Shown piece by piece: positions 19,593 through 27,989 of a stretch of 56,684 nt of DNA. A program made the position numbers and the translations under genes. This DNA is from Gammaproteobacteria bacterium. Its GTDB lineage: Bacteria; Pseudomonadota; Gammaproteobacteria; SZUA-229. The stretch is taken from positions 1 through 56,684 of the forward strand of contig WFOC01000084.1 of the NCBI GenBank assembly GCA_015488295.1, read 5' to 3'. Each line of letters opens with the position of its first letter. Positions within the stretch are counted from its first letter, which is position 1. Below the pieces are notes generated by a model. The model ran no database searches. It saw only the letters and a list, made by a program, of their open reading frames with translations, and was not told where the DNA came from.

Positions 19593-20033
19593 GTGACACT
19601 CGACGAAATAATCCCCTACCTTCCGCATTTTCAGGCAATACTGAACACCTGCGCTGCGCTGCTGTTAAGCACGGGCTATTATTTCATCAAAAAAGATAAT
19701 CATGATGCGCATAAAAAATGCATGATAACGGCGCTGCTGGTCTCCACGGTGTTCATGATTTCCTATCTGACCTATCACGCAGAAGTCGGCTACGCGCCGT
19801 TTACCGGTCAGGGGATGATTCGCCCGTTTTATTTCACCATGCTTGCCTCACACATTATTCTGGCTGCACTGATCGTGCCGATGGTACTGGCTACCGCCTA
19901 TTTTGCATTCACCGGTAATTTCAAAAAACATCCACGCGTTGCACGCTGGACATTGCCACTGTGGCTTTATGTTTCAGTCACCGGCGTGCTCATCTACATT
20001 CTCGGCTTTCACGTATACAAACCAGAACTATAA
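19593..20033 (+). CDS. DUF420-like 4-TM membrane protein (family usually found near SCO1/CtaA genes)
   Basis: 146 aa, GTG start, 4 TM helices with conserved His. The family assignment is from memory of the pattern. Confidence 0.6.
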   Translation: MTLDEIIPYLPHFQAILNTCAALLLSTGYYFIKKDNHDAHKKCMITALLVSTVFMISYLTYHAEVGYAPFTGQGMIRPFYFTMLASHIILAALIVPMVLATAYFAFTGNFKKHPRVARWTLPLWLYVSVTGVLIYILGFHVYKPEL

Positions 20034-20047
20034 TAAAGGTAAAACTT

Positions 20048-20317
20048 ATGGCATATTTCTACTACACCTTAACCGCTATTCTGCTCTATCTGCTTTCAGA
20101 CTGGATACTCAACCAGATAGAACATTCCATCGGCAAACGGCTGAAATATCGTTCACTAATATTTTTTGTAATTATCCTGACACTATCAATGACTGCTTTT
20201 AACTTCATTGAAAAAATTGTTGCCGAGCCGCCACAAACAAACGCCGAGCAGAAAGAAGCTGTGCCAGGAAGCCCGGAAAATCCAGAAAACCAGGAAGTGC
20301 CACCAGTAGCACAGTAG
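20048..20317 (+). CDS. Small 2-TM protein with a Pro/Glu-rich tail
   Basis: The ATG at 20048 gives MAYFYYTLTAILLYLLSDW... (89 aa). No recognisable family. Confidence 0.4.
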   Translation: MAYFYYTLTAILLYLLSDWILNQIEHSIGKRLKYRSLIFFVIILTLSMTAFNFIEKIVAEPPQTNAEQKEAVPGSPENPENQEVPPVAQ

Positions 20318-20423
20318 CATTAAACATGCCGGGCGGTGCGCTCAACCCGGGGTGCACCGGCTGCTGAATATACGCAGGCCGGGCATTGTCTGAAAAAGAT
20401 AACCGGGTATAAACCGGCAAAAA

Positions 20424-20936
20424 CTAGATAAGAATGAATCCCTGCAAGGGGTCGAACTCAATCAACAGGATGTGTGCAGGCTCGATACTCAATTCCCGTT
20501 CAAACACATAATCAAAGCCCGGGTTTCTTACACTGTCATCCATTCTGATTTCCAGCCGGTGTTTGCCGGCAGAGATTTTTTTACTGAAATAAATATCCAC
20601 GCTACCATCGTTAAACAAGCCCGGCGGTTGCATGGTTTCACTGTAAACCAGCTCGCCATCCAGCCTGGCTTCGACTGTAATCGGTGAGCGTTCACGCGGA
20701 CAGTCTTCCGGTTTGCGCATGTTTGGCGGCAGCTTCATCAACTCCTGCTGGCTGAGTTTGCGGCACGGCTCACGAAGCTCGCCGGCATGTGCGAAGGCAA
20801 TGGTGAGCAGACTCTCGTTTTCACCGATAAGACGCACTGATGGCGATGTTGAAAAATACCAGATCAACGCCATGAATACGGTGTAATTAATGACCTGTAA
20901 CAGGTAACGTACCGGTTTGCTGTTCAGCGCGCTCAT
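20424..20936 (-). CDS. N-terminally TM-anchored 170-aa protein, unknown function, translationally coupled to the upstream fusion gene
   Basis: ATGA start/stop overlap at 20936. One TM helix followed by a soluble domain. Confidence 0.6.
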   Translation of the reverse strand: MSALNSKPVRYLLQVINYTVFMALIWYFSTSPSVRLIGENESLLTIAFAHAGELREPCRKLSQQELMKLPPNMRKPEDCPRERSPITVEARLDGELVYSETMQPPGLFNDGSVDIYFSKKISAGKHRLEIRMDDSVRNPGFDYVFERELSIEPAHILLIEFDPLQGFILI

Positions 20937-22495
20937 CAGCTGTTACCTCCCGCACCATCATTTTCAGCAGCCGTAGCTTCGGCCTGTTTTAATTTCGCCA
21001 GCTCGGCCCTGAATTCATCCAGGTCTCTTTCAACTTCATTTTTATCGGTTTCAGCTGCGCCATGCACGCGAATGCGATTTCGGTCAGCACGACCACGAAG
21101 AATGGGTTTACGCTCGCCGGCAAAACGTGCTTTCACCCAGCGGTTACCGAAACGGTAATAACAATCATTGTGTCGACAGCCGGTGACCATAACGCCATCA
21201 GCGCCATTTTTTAAGGCATATTCAACCAGCGTTGGCGGCAACATGCCGCTGCAGATAAGTCGAACGCCTTTGGTTTCATCATCTTCCAGACGACTCACAT
21301 TCAGGCCATGCTCACAGCCGTAAACCAGTATTTTTGTTTCACCGCTTAGCGCCGCTATCGCTTCCCTGGTCTGGGAACGCATTTTATCGACCGGCAACTG
21401 CGGCATGTCGATACCGGTTTTCAGTTCTTCATTACGCGAGCGGAACGGGTTGGAAGACGGGCAGGAACCCGCACAGATTCCGCAGGCCGCACACAGTTCG
21501 GGATTAACCACCACTTCTTTGTCGAACTTCATGCCGTCGGTACGCGCCTGCACGGTAATGGCATCAAACGGACAGTCATCAAAACACAGTTCGCAACCAT
21601 TACAATGTGCAAGATCAACCACCGCTTTGGGACCGTCTTTTTTCGGCGGCAACCACGGCAACATCATCAACAGCCAGGTAATACCGAGGGTAAAGATCCA
21701 CACCTGACCTTCTGTCCAGATGTCGAGCAAGGGATAGATGTTGAGATAAAACCAGTCAAGATGAATGACTTCAGGCATTTTAGTAAGGTCGGCCGGAGCA
21801 TGACTTAATGCAGGTTTATACAGCGATAGTGCAAGCAGGGCCAGCAAGGTGCCAACAGCAAGTCCACGGGGTGGATTGATTTTTACATCGGACAAACGTT
21901 TTACGTGCAGCCACAACATGAACGCCAGCACCAGCGGCTGACCGAGCAGGTGCAGAAATTCGATGAGAATGAAAAAACGGTCGGTCATCTCACCCGCAAC
22001 AAAATTACGCGTCATTGCGCCCGGCAGCAACGGCAAGGCATCCACCAAACGTGCGGAACCGATAGCAATATACTGCGCCATCTCATCCCACACCAGCCAG
22101 TAACCGGTGATACCCAGGGTAACGACAACCCAGAGATTCGGCACCCCGGTCACCCATGAAAACCAGCGGAAACCACGATAACGACCAGAGGCAAATTCCT
22201 TGAACATGTGCAGCAGAATTGTCACCACCACCGCATCCGAGGCATAGCGATGCAGGCTGCGCATAACGCCGCCAGCGTACCACTGCTGATGGGTAATATA
22301 TTCTACCGAGGCATGCGCACCATCAATGCTGCCGTGGAAAGGAATGAACAGGTAAATGCCGGTGATCAAAATCACCCAGAACAGAAAAAAGGATAAAGTA
22401 CCAAGATGGTATAAAGGATTCCATTCCGTGCCAAACGAAATATTGAACCAGGATTCCAGAGCCAGATAGACTCGTTTAACAGGATTGACTAGCAC
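20936..22495 (-). CDS. Fusion protein: dihaem cytochrome b (b/b6 N-terminal type) + 2x[4Fe-4S] ferredoxin + MvhD/FlpD-like domain
   Basis: RSLHRYASD...LLHMFKEF and FLHLLGQ...WLHVKR (four His in two helices). CNGCELCFDDCP and CAACGICAGSCP. C-terminal ILVYGCEHG...LICSGMLPP...VTGCRHNDCYY. GTG start with agga 10 nt upstream. Confidence 0.8.
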   Translation of the reverse strand: MLVNPVKRVYLALESWFNISFGTEWNPLYHLGTLSFFLFWVILITGIYLFIPFHGSIDGAHASVEYITHQQWYAGGVMRSLHRYASDAVVVTILLHMFKEFASGRYRGFRWFSWVTGVPNLWVVVTLGITGYWLVWDEMAQYIAIGSARLVDALPLLPGAMTRNFVAGEMTDRFFILIEFLHLLGQPLVLAFMLWLHVKRLSDVKINPPRGLAVGTLLALLALSLYKPALSHAPADLTKMPEVIHLDWFYLNIYPLLDIWTEGQVWIFTLGITWLLMMLPWLPPKKDGPKAVVDLAHCNGCELCFDDCPFDAITVQARTDGMKFDKEVVVNPELCAACGICAGSCPSSNPFRSRNEELKTGIDMPQLPVDKMRSQTREAIAALSGETKILVYGCEHGLNVSRLEDDETKGVRLICSGMLPPTLVEYALKNGADGVMVTGCRHNDCYYRFGNRWVKARFAGERKPILRGRADRNRIRVHGAAETDKNEVERDLDEFRAELAKLKQAEATAAENDGAGGNS

Positions 22496-22557
22496 GAATA
22501 TTAATTCCTAAAAATAGACGGGGTCGAAATGTTATCACGGTTTGCTAATAAACCAAT

Positions 22558-22571
22558 TTGACTCATATCAA
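22558..22571. promoter_or_regulatory. FNR/DNR-type box TTGACtcatATCAA upstream of the cytochrome b fusion gene
   Basis: Its centre is about 70 nt upstream of the GTG at 22495 (minus strand). Confidence 0.6.
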
Positions 22572-22703
22572 AGCCGGTTAAATAATGAATACGATGCCTG
22601 TATAGCAGTGCTTTTCAGGCTATCGAAAACTGCTTAAGCATGCAAAAACACACACCTTTATCTATGTCCCTGCACTCTGTGATGAATCATTTTTTATCAC
22701 TCG

Positions 22704-23537
22704 TTAGGCGGGTTTTTTACCCTTGTGCAACTCACGCCGCATAAACCAGATAATCGAAAAGATCACTGTAAAGCCAACAAACATTCCTACAAATAATGAG
22801 TAATCAAAATAGTAAGCTCCGGTATGCGGATCGTATGTAGTGCAGAACAGTTTGATTTTGTTGCCCAGACTGGACAGGAAAGTCTGTTCAGGTTGCGGCC
22901 GTCCCAGCACCAGTTCCAGTAATGGATCAACCAGCAACGGGGTCTCGAACACCTGACCGTAAACCTGCCGGTAAACCTTGCTGTCAGCATCAATAACCGT
23001 GGCCTGTATCAAATGATCAAAACCGCTTGATGTCGGGTAATACAAAAAACCCAGTTCTTCCGTCAGTGAGGCAAGGTTTTCTTCATCAATGCTTAACAGG
23101 TGCCAGCCTTTATCGCTGATGCCCTGCATGTTTGCGAAATACTGCATCGCCTCCGGGGTATCAACACGGGTATCAAAACCGATAACAGCGACCGAGAAAC
23201 TATCCTCGCCCAGAGCATCACGCGCTTTTTCTACCACCTTCGAAAGATGCCGGGTCGTCATCGGACAGATCTGATAACAGCTGGTAAAAACCATGCTGAT
23301 AACCAGCGGCTTACCACGAAAATCGCTCAGTGATACCTGCTTGCCTTCTGCATTTGTAAAAACATGATCACCCAGTTTTTTACCGATGGCTGACTGACTG
23401 GTCCTGAGTGCGACATCATAGTCAAATTTCGGCTTGTCCTCGACCACAGGTTTTTTAGTCGACACAAAAGTCACGCCAACCGCGTGCAGGGGAATCAAAA
23501 GCAGCAGAAAGCTGCCGATTAGAAGGCTCAATCGCAT
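22704..23537 (-). CDS. SCO1/SenC-family copper chaperone (thioredoxin fold), copy 1
   Basis: FTSCYQICP (CxxxC) motif, N-terminal signal/anchor, extra C-terminal TM helix. Confidence 0.85.
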   Translation of the reverse strand: MRLSLLIGSFLLLLIPLHAVGVTFVSTKKPVVEDKPKFDYDVALRTSQSAIGKKLGDHVFTNAEGKQVSLSDFRGKPLVISMVFTSCYQICPMTTRHLSKVVEKARDALGEDSFSVAVIGFDTRVDTPEAMQYFANMQGISDKGWHLLSIDEENLASLTEELGFLYYPTSSGFDHLIQATVIDADSKVYRQVYGQVFETPLLVDPLLELVLGRPQPEQTFLSSLGNKIKLFCTTYDPHTGAYYFDYSLFVGMFVGFTVIFSIIWFMRRELHKGKKPA

Positions 23538-23588
23538 AACGTGCCCAGTCTACCCTACTGACTCAGCAAACTATATGTTAGCTTACGG

Positions 23589-24452
23589 CTAACCCAATAA
23601 AAAAACGTCAAGTACCGCACCGATTAATAAACAGACCAGTTGCACCAGCGAAGCGAAGAAACTTTTCATCGCCACTTTTGGTGTTGGCTGTTGAATCATC
23701 CGGTAATTTTGGTAAATAAAATAACCGCCACCACTTACCGCGCCGGCAAGGTATAACCAGCTCAGACCGTAGAAAAACGGCAGTATCGATACACCAACCA
23801 GGATAAGGGTGTTACCCAGAACCACAACGGCTGTACGTTTATCACCGATTATCACCGGCAACATCGGCACACCTGCTTTGGCATAATCCTGATGCTTGGC
23901 AATGGCCAGGCTCCAGAAATGCGAAGGTGTCCAGAAAAACAGCACCAGTGCCAGCAGAATTGGAATCGGACTCAGATCCGGATCAACCGCTGCTGCACCT
24001 GCGAGCACAGCAAAGCTGCCCGAAGCGCCGCCAATCACAATATTCATCCAGGTACGGCGTTTTAATAGAACCGTATAAATGATGGCATAAAAGAATGCCC
24101 CCAGAAAAATATAAAGTGCCGCTGCATTATTTAAAAATAACGCCGCAGAACCTACACCGGCTCCCAACAATGCCAGGATAAACACTATCCACAGTGGATT
24201 TTTTCGGAAGCTGCCGGTAACAAAAGGACGGTCTTCTGTCCGTTTCATCACACTGTCAAGATCAACTTCAAAGTACTGATTAAAGGCTCCGGCACTGCCT
24301 GCTGATATCAGCACGGCAAAACACAGAACCAATATCTGTACACCACTGAGTGCCTCTCCCGGTGTTACCACCATGGCAACCAGTGCAGTCAGCATCATAA
24401 TGACACCGATACGCAATTTTAATAGATTGGTTAATTGCTTAAATATATCCAT
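23589..24452 (-). CDS. ctaB: Protohaem IX farnesyltransferase (haem O synthase)
   Basis: UbiA-family pattern and the FFWTPSHFWSLAI motif. Confidence 0.9.
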   Translation of the reverse strand: MDIFKQLTNLLKLRIGVIMMLTALVAMVVTPGEALSGVQILVLCFAVLISAGSAGAFNQYFEVDLDSVMKRTEDRPFVTGSFRKNPLWIVFILALLGAGVGSAALFLNNAAALYIFLGAFFYAIIYTVLLKRRTWMNIVIGGASGSFAVLAGAAAVDPDLSPIPILLALVLFFWTPSHFWSLAIAKHQDYAKAGVPMLPVIIGDKRTAVVVLGNTLILVGVSILPFFYGLSWLYLAGAVSGGGYFIYQNYRMIQQPTPKVAMKSFFASLVQLVCLLIGAVLDVFLLG

Positions 24453-24480
24453 CGAAATATTCAGGTTCGTTGGTTAGCGA

Positions 24481-24521
24481 AAAAAAACGTGGGACAGAGC
24501 GCTGTCCCTCCCACGTTTTTT
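24481..24521 (-). terminator. Hairpin plus U-run immediately after HCO subunit I (terminator or attenuator before ctaB)
   Basis: aaaaaacgtgggacag...ctgtccctcccacgtttttt. On the minus strand the stem is followed by ttttttt. Confidence 0.6.
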
Positions 24522-24537
24522 ACATTCTGACATCGTA

Positions 24538-26271
24538 CTAGCTAATATGCCAGACGGATGCCAGGTAGTCCCAGTTGATGAAGTAATACACCACGAAACA
24601 TACCAGCAGTGCCATCGCAAGAACAAACGTTCCCGGTGCCTCAAAGCCACCATCACCATGTTCTTCCACCGGCTGTTTAGGAGCCATCAGCAGACGCTCA
24701 GGCTGTTCAACGTTGTAAACACCTGCAGCCAGTGGCGCACCAAAGCTCTGCAGCAGACCGGCAGACTCTTCCAGCTTCTTACCAAACAGTAAAGAGCCAA
24801 CAGTTACGATCAGATACATCGCACCGCCAACAACGCCGAGTACACCACCAATCGCACCAACGGCCATCATCATGTAAGCCGTACCAGGGTACTCAAAGCT
24901 TAACATTGCGCCGGTGAAGTCCATGTCCCAGTGACGACGTGATACACCCAGTGTACCCGCACCCAGCATGAACAGAACCATCAGTGTCATACCGCCACCG
25001 AAAACGTAAGGCTGCCATTTAGCCATGGTAGGCAGGAACAGTGCACGTCTGAACAGCAGCGGGATCAACAGATAAGTCAATGCCATGAAGGTCAGTGTGG
25101 TACCGGTTACTACTGTGGCATGGAAATGCGCAGGTACATAAATGGTGTTATGAATGATCAGGTTAATCTGCTCGGTACCCATAACAACACCGGTGATACC
25201 GCCGATGAAGCCAAAGGTGAACAGCGAGATGAAGAAGCCCGAGAATACCGGATTCCCCCACGGTGCCTTACGCAACCATTCGAACAGGCCCTTGGTCAGC
25301 CCTTTTCCGCGCTGCGCAACTTCCATCGCCCCCGGAATGGTCAAACCGTGAATCATACTGGCCAGTACCGCAAGATACATCGCGTAACTGGTGTTGAATA
25401 CTTTCCACTCAGAGCTTACGCCCGGATCAACCAGAATGTGGTGAGCACTGGCTAACTGCAGGAAGAAGATATACAGCAGGAAGGCTGCACGACTTACTTT
25501 CTCTGACATTGGACGAGCGCCAAACAAAACACCGACGATCAGATACCAGACAGCTACGTGTGCGGCAACATTAATCTGCTGCGAAGAGTGACCCAGACCC
25601 CACCAGATTATGCGATACATGGCGGAATCAATATGGTTAATGTAGCCGATAGACCAGAGGAATGTCGGCACCAGGATGATGGCACCACAGGCAATGGTGA
25701 AAACAGCGATAATGGCTGCAGTCAGGGCACCAAAGGTAACCAGTGGAATCGAGCCTTCGTAGGTATTATCCTCCTTGGCGATAACCAGCGTGCCAAAGAA
25801 AACAAACACCGCGATGAGCGCCCCCACCGCAAACAGAATAAGCCCCAGATAGAAATGAGGCTCGGCCTGCATCGGCACATAGGATGTCATCATCACGCTC
25901 GAGTTACCCTGGAATACGGCGACATTGTTCATCACCGCACCGACGAGCATCAGCGCAAAGCCGGTCCATGCCCAGCCCGGTGCCGCCAGTCGCGTGCGCA
26001 ACAGGGTCGAGGAAGCGAAATACAGAATCGCCATTTCAAAGAAGATGATCCAGAAGATCAGTGCGTTAATACCATGTGCCGTCAGCACTTGATAGAACAT
26101 ATCTGCAGGCAGCAGATGTACTTCCTGCCAGCGCGTCAGAACAACACCCAACGCCATAATACCTGCGACCAGTAATGCCACTGCGCCAGCAACAGCATTC
26201 GCCTTCATCAGGCTTTCTGCAGATTTGTCAAAATAGAAGCCCGTGTCCGGGCAAATTCTGAATTGTGCCAT
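24538..26271 (-). CDS. Haem-copper oxidase superfamily subunit I, B-family-like but lacking the cross-link Tyr
   Basis: IWWGLGHSSQQ aligns to ba3-type FWWTGHPIVY. AHH lies 49/50 residues later, followed by AHFHATV. Confidence 0.9.
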   Translation of the reverse strand: MAQFRICPDTGFYFDKSAESLMKANAVAGAVALLVAGIMALGVVLTRWQEVHLLPADMFYQVLTAHGINALIFWIIFFEMAILYFASSTLLRTRLAAPGWAWTGFALMLVGAVMNNVAVFQGNSSVMMTSYVPMQAEPHFYLGLILFAVGALIAVFVFFGTLVIAKEDNTYEGSIPLVTFGALTAAIIAVFTIACGAIILVPTFLWSIGYINHIDSAMYRIIWWGLGHSSQQINVAAHVAVWYLIVGVLFGARPMSEKVSRAAFLLYIFFLQLASAHHILVDPGVSSEWKVFNTSYAMYLAVLASMIHGLTIPGAMEVAQRGKGLTKGLFEWLRKAPWGNPVFSGFFISLFTFGFIGGITGVVMGTEQINLIIHNTIYVPAHFHATVVTGTTLTFMALTYLLIPLLFRRALFLPTMAKWQPYVFGGGMTLMVLFMLGAGTLGVSRRHWDMDFTGAMLSFEYPGTAYMMMAVGAIGGVLGVVGGAMYLIVTVGSLLFGKKLEESAGLLQSFGAPLAAGVYNVEQPERLLMAPKQPVEEHGDGGFEAPGTFVLAMALLVCFVVYYFINWDYLASVWHIS

Positions 26272-26272
26272 T

Positions 26273-26812
26273 TTATTTCTCCGTCACAATGATTTTGCCA
26301 AGCATGGTATGGTGGCCAATGCCGCAATATTCGTTACATACAATTGCATAATCGCCCGCCTTGTCAGGGGTCATATTAAAGACCATTTCATAGCCTGGCA
26401 GAACCTGCAGATTAATATTTACCGGCTGCAGAGAAAAACCGTGCTGCCAGTCCATTGAGGTGAGGTGTATACGATACGACTGACCGGATTCAAGCTCAAG
26501 AATTGGATACCACTGCCACAGCCTACCCAGAAGATAAACATCGCTGCCAGCAGGTGGTCGAACAATTGGAATACCAGCTTCTTCGCCGACCTGGTATTTT
26601 TCAACCATGGCATCAACTTCTACCTGAAATTTTGCAGGTGTTGTTTGATAAGCTTCGTTAGAAAGATTTTGTTTTCCATAAATATGCCAGTAAGGCATCA
26701 TAAAAAACATAATTAAACACCAGACCAGTGCGATACCAATCCACACTATCTCCTGTTTACCAACTGGTACGTTCCACCAGATTCGATCCGAAGGGGGTAA
26801 AAATGAAGTCAT
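26273..26812 (-). CDS. HCO subunit II, single-TM cupredoxin with a CuA site
   Basis: WQHGF ... CNEYCGIGHHTM (the H..C.E.C...H..M CuA pattern). One nucleotide separates it from the subunit I start. Confidence 0.85.
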   Translation of the reverse strand: MTSFLPPSDRIWWNVPVGKQEIVWIGIALVWCLIMFFMMPYWHIYGKQNLSNEAYQTTPAKFQVEVDAMVEKYQVGEEAGIPIVRPPAGSDVYLLGRLWQWYPILELESGQSYRIHLTSMDWQHGFSLQPVNINLQVLPGYEMVFNMTPDKAGDYAIVCNEYCGIGHHTMLGKIIVTEK

Positions 26813-26826
26813 TGATATTCTCCTTT

Positions 26827-26988
26827 CTATTCAGCAACGGGGATAGTAGCAACTTCCATAATTCCCCACAAAATGTAGAAAACCGTAGGCATGACTACAC
26901 CAATAAACAGTAACAGGAATGGATTATCAAGCATCCGCTGAAAGAAAGGGATTCTTTCCGTCTTTGGGATATTATCTTCTTGGGACAT
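26827..26988 (-). CDS. Untracked 53-aa single-TM ORF heading the HCO operon (possible small subunit)
   Basis: My translation: MSQEDNIPKTERIPFFQRMLDNPFLLLFIGVVMPTVFYILWGIMEVATIPVAE. A strong aaggag lies 7-8 nt upstream. It falls below the ORF-track length cut-off. Confidence 0.55.
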   Translation of the reverse strand: MSQEDNIPKTERIPFFQRMLDNPFLLLFIGVVMPTVFYILWGIMEVATIPVAE

Positions 26989-27152
26989 ATTAAGTCTCCT
27001 TAGTATTTTTATATAAAGTTAGTAGTTGCTGACTAGTCATCACTAAGCCCTTCGGTAAGGAAAAAATAGCTATCTAGCCTGTCAAATAACACTTTTAGTG
27101 CGTCAAATGACACATTCAGGTACGCAGATTACTGTACACAGCCTGACATGAC

Positions 27153-27166
27153 TTGACTTATATCAA
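27153..27166. promoter_or_regulatory. FNR/DNR-type box TTGACttatATCAA in the divergent HCO / hemerythrin intergenic region
   Basis: About 170 nt upstream of the 53-aa ORF start (minus strand) and about 300 nt upstream of the hemerythrin gene (plus strand). Confidence 0.6.
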
Positions 27167-27456
27167 AAGCCTTTCATCTACTTTAAAAATAACATAAAAA
27201 CAATTGAACTATTTCCTGTGCAAAACAAACCATAGACCCAAACTCCCCGGTTCATGACCTGCATCATGGATAACTATGCCCATAAAGAATAATCTGCATC
27301 TCTGCTGAACATATTTTCCACGAATAACCATACCCAGTTAATGGAAAAAATGCCAGCATATAAATTAAAAACCATTACAATATAACGGTTTTTCACGATG
27401 AATCATAAAATCGTACCAAACAAACAAAGTAACGACTTAAATACAGGAGCCTGTTG

Positions 27457-27933
27457 ATGGCATTAATTGAGTGGCGTAAAGAATTTTGCACGGGCGTTGC
27501 AAGCGTTGATTACGAGCATGAAGAACTCATTAACGAGATCAATGAAATCTATACACTGATTGATGACAACGCCGATAAAGAAAATGTCATCGACAAACTC
27601 GGTGATATTTACGGCAGCATCTCGGCACATTTTGCTCTGGAAGAGCAGATGATGGAAAAGCACGATTACGAACATTTCAAGGAACATCAAGCAGACCACG
27701 AACGTCTGCTGGACGAGATTCAGGAGATTACTGAAGAGTTCGAATCAGCCTCCGGGCTGGACACCGACAAGTTCAAACAAAAACTGAACGACTGGTTTCA
27801 GCTGCATTTCAGCACACACGATGCACGTCTGCACAGACTGGCACACCTGATAGACCACGCACCAGTATGCGAATCAACCATGAAATCCATGATACAAAGC
27901 GCGAAAAATGCCCTGCTACGCAGAACAGGTTGA
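27457..27933 (+). CDS. Soluble hemerythrin-like (bacteriohemerythrin) protein
   Basis: IEWRKEFCTGVASVDYEHEELINEINEIY ... HFALEEQMM ... HQADHERLL ... HFSTHD. Confidence 0.8.
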   Translation: MALIEWRKEFCTGVASVDYEHEELINEINEIYTLIDDNADKENVIDKLGDIYGSISAHFALEEQMMEKHDYEHFKEHQADHERLLDEIQEITEEFESASGLDTDKFKQKLNDWFQLHFSTHDARLHRLAHLIDHAPVCESTMKSMIQSAKNALLRRTG

Positions 27934-27989
27934 GCTTATCCGTATTTGTCAGACCAGCCAACTAGCTTTAAACTGCAGAACTCATCATA

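Noticed and set aside
25558-26175. 205-aa plus-strand ORF
   Set aside because: Antisense to HCO subunit I. The composition is typical of a shadow frame.
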